From Anaerolineae bacterium (GTDB lineage: Bacteria > Chloroflexota > Anaerolineae > B4-G1 > SLSP01): 64,000 nucleotides of DNA. The DNA is taken from contig DAOOGN010000001.1 in assembly GCA_035415725.1 (NCBI GenBank), positions 77,382 to 141,381 of the forward strand, in the 5' to 3' direction. Below the pieces are notes generated by a model, which saw nothing but the letters and a program-made list of their open reading frames with translations, was not told where the DNA came from and did not search any database. Below, piece by piece: positions 62,998 through 64,000 of this stretch. The stretch's first letter is position 1, and every line of letters begins with the position of its first letter. A program made the translations under genes and the position numbers.

Positions 62998-63026
62998 TTG
63001 CACCTTCTGGGGAACGTGTTTATAAT
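62998..63026 (+). promoter_or_regulatory. Sigma70-type promoter candidate for polX
   Basis: TTGCAC (62998-63003), a 17-nt spacer, then TATAAT (63021-63026). It lies about 50 nt upstream of ATG 63079. Confidence 0.55.
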
Positions 63027-63078
63027 AAAAGTGCCACACTTCAGTATGTGCTATGACTGACATGAAAGGCAGGCGGCT

Positions 63079-64000
63079 ATGAGCGAGCAAGGCAGGGAAC
63101 TCGCCACCATTTTCGAAGCGATTGCCAATGGGCTGGATATCCAGGGCGAAAACTATCACCGCATTCTGGCTTATCGACGCGCGGCTGAGAGCTTGCGGGC
63201 TTTGGGCGAGCCATTGGAACAGGTCTGGCAGGAGGGCCGGCTGGAAACTATCCCCGGTATCGGCGACATCCTGGCGGCGAAGATTGACGAATATCTGCGC
63301 ACCGGCGAAGTGCAGGCCTACATGAAACTCCAGGAGCAAATCCCGTTGGGCTTGCTGACGATTTTAGAAATTCCGGGAATGGGCCCACGGCGTACCCGGC
63401 TTGTATGGCAGGAACTCGGCATCACCTCCGTGGAGGAGTTGGAAGGCGCCGCCAGGGCGGGACAATTGCACCGCGTCAAGGGCATTGGCCTGGCGACGGA
63501 GCAAAAGATCCTGGAGGGCATCCGTGCGTGGCAGCGCCAAAGCAGTGAGCGCATTCCTCTGGGAGTCGCCTGGCCCCTGGGGAACGAAATCCTGAGCGCT
63601 CTGCGGGAAGTCCCTGATGTGTATGCCGCCGAGCCGGTGGGGAGCCTGCGCCGTAGGCGTGCTACACTCGGCGACCTGGACTTACTGGTGGCTGCCGAGG
63701 CGTCCGAGTCGGTGATGACTTGCTTCCGCACGCTGCCGATGGTGGAGGAGGTCTTAACGACCGGAAAGACCCGATCCGCGATCCGCACCATGGATGGGAT
63801 ACAGGTGGGACTGCGCGTCGTCTCGCCGGAGCGTTGGGGACCGGCGCTGTACGACTTCACGGGCAGCCAGGCACACACCTTGCGTATGCGCGCTCTGGCG
63901 CGTGAACGAGGACTTGTGCCTAATGAATATGGCTTTCGTCGCCTCGCCACCGGGACGGTCGCCGGCGAAAATGGTGGGCCGGGTGCGTCGGAAATTGTTT
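63079..64000 (+). CDS. polX: DNA polymerase X family (Pol beta-like) N-terminal part; 3'-truncated by the window edge
   Basis: The product starts MSEQGRELATIFEAIANGLDIQGENYHRILAYRRAAESLRAL. Helix-hairpin-helix segments read ETIPGIGDILAAKI and LEIPGMGPRRTRLVWQELGITSVEEL. The nucleotidyltransferase motif is GSLRRRRATLGDLDLLVA. The ORF continues without a stop to the end of the window. Confidence 0.85.
   Translation, partial: MSEQGRELATIFEAIANGLDIQGENYHRILAYRRAAESLRALGEPLEQVWQEGRLETIPGIGDILAAKIDEYLRTGEVQAYMKLQEQIPLGLLTILEIPGMGPRRTRLVWQELGITSVEELEGAARAGQLHRVKGIGLATEQKILEGIRAWQRQSSERIPLGVAWPLGNEILSALREVPDVYAAEPVGSLRRRRATLGDLDLLVAAEASESVMTCFRTLPMVEEVLTTGKTRSAIRTMDGIQVGLRVVSPERWGPALYDFTGSQAHTLRMRALARERGLVPNEYGFRRLATGTVAGENGGPGASEIV

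Noticed and set aside
63062-63082. Tiny ORF MKGRRL immediately upstream of polX
   Set aside because: It is six codons with no SD, and it overlaps the polX start region. It is most likely fortuitous.
1-64000. CRISPR arrays, tRNA or rRNA genes, transposases, integrases, prophage or toxin-antitoxin genes
   Set aside because: I found no short regularly spaced direct repeats, no tRNA-like cloverleaf candidates in the few intergenic gaps, and no ORF with recombinase or transposase motifs. The repetitiveness of the window comes from paralogous protein-coding genes.

Overview
This is a high-GC bacterial window. The GAF domain family and codon usage suggest a Chloroflexota-type genome, but that is a guess. 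Nearly all of it (positions 1 to about 60,920) is one long co-directional plus-strand array of 24 tightly packed or overlapping genes. Twenty-two of them encode paralogous GAF-domain sensory proteins, and two encode PF04392/COG2984-type solute-binding lipoproteins.

The GAF paralogs share one repeat unit: a GAF domain, a helical 'ERRAYGxxxxxAW' linker, a second degenerate GAF, and then a conserved C-terminal tail ('[13 protein letters not shown]...VLxTAxxE...L..V.V.L') that looks like the first helix and strand of one more GAF. The N-terminal input modules vary. Five genes carry a LacI-type periplasmic-binding-protein fold (PBP1) with no HTH. Two carry a 7TM module plus Cache and HAMP. Three or four carry TM-Cache-TM-HAMP. 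About eight carry multi-TM modules. One is a cytoplasmic PAS protein.

Only the first gene (5'-truncated) and the last gene carry histidine-kinase catalytic cores. The last gene encodes 2413 aa with at least 10 GAFs, HisKA, HATPase and two REC domains. The two kinase cores are mutually paralogous. The other 20 proteins have no recognisable output domain.

I also see a 106-bp perfectly identical segment shared by two diverged paralogs, which looks like gene conversion. Stop/start overlaps (ATGA, TAATG) are widespread. A roughly 140-nt conserved intergenic element occurs twice and contains a hairpin with a covarying base pair.

Downstream of the array lie housekeeping genes: a 7Fe ferredoxin with a clear sigma70-type promoter and an intrinsic terminator, a PHP-family phosphoesterase on the minus strand, and the 5' part of a PolX DNA polymerase. 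I find no transposase, integrase, CRISPR array or rRNA/tRNA. The long minus-strand ORFs are antisense artefacts of the high GC content.
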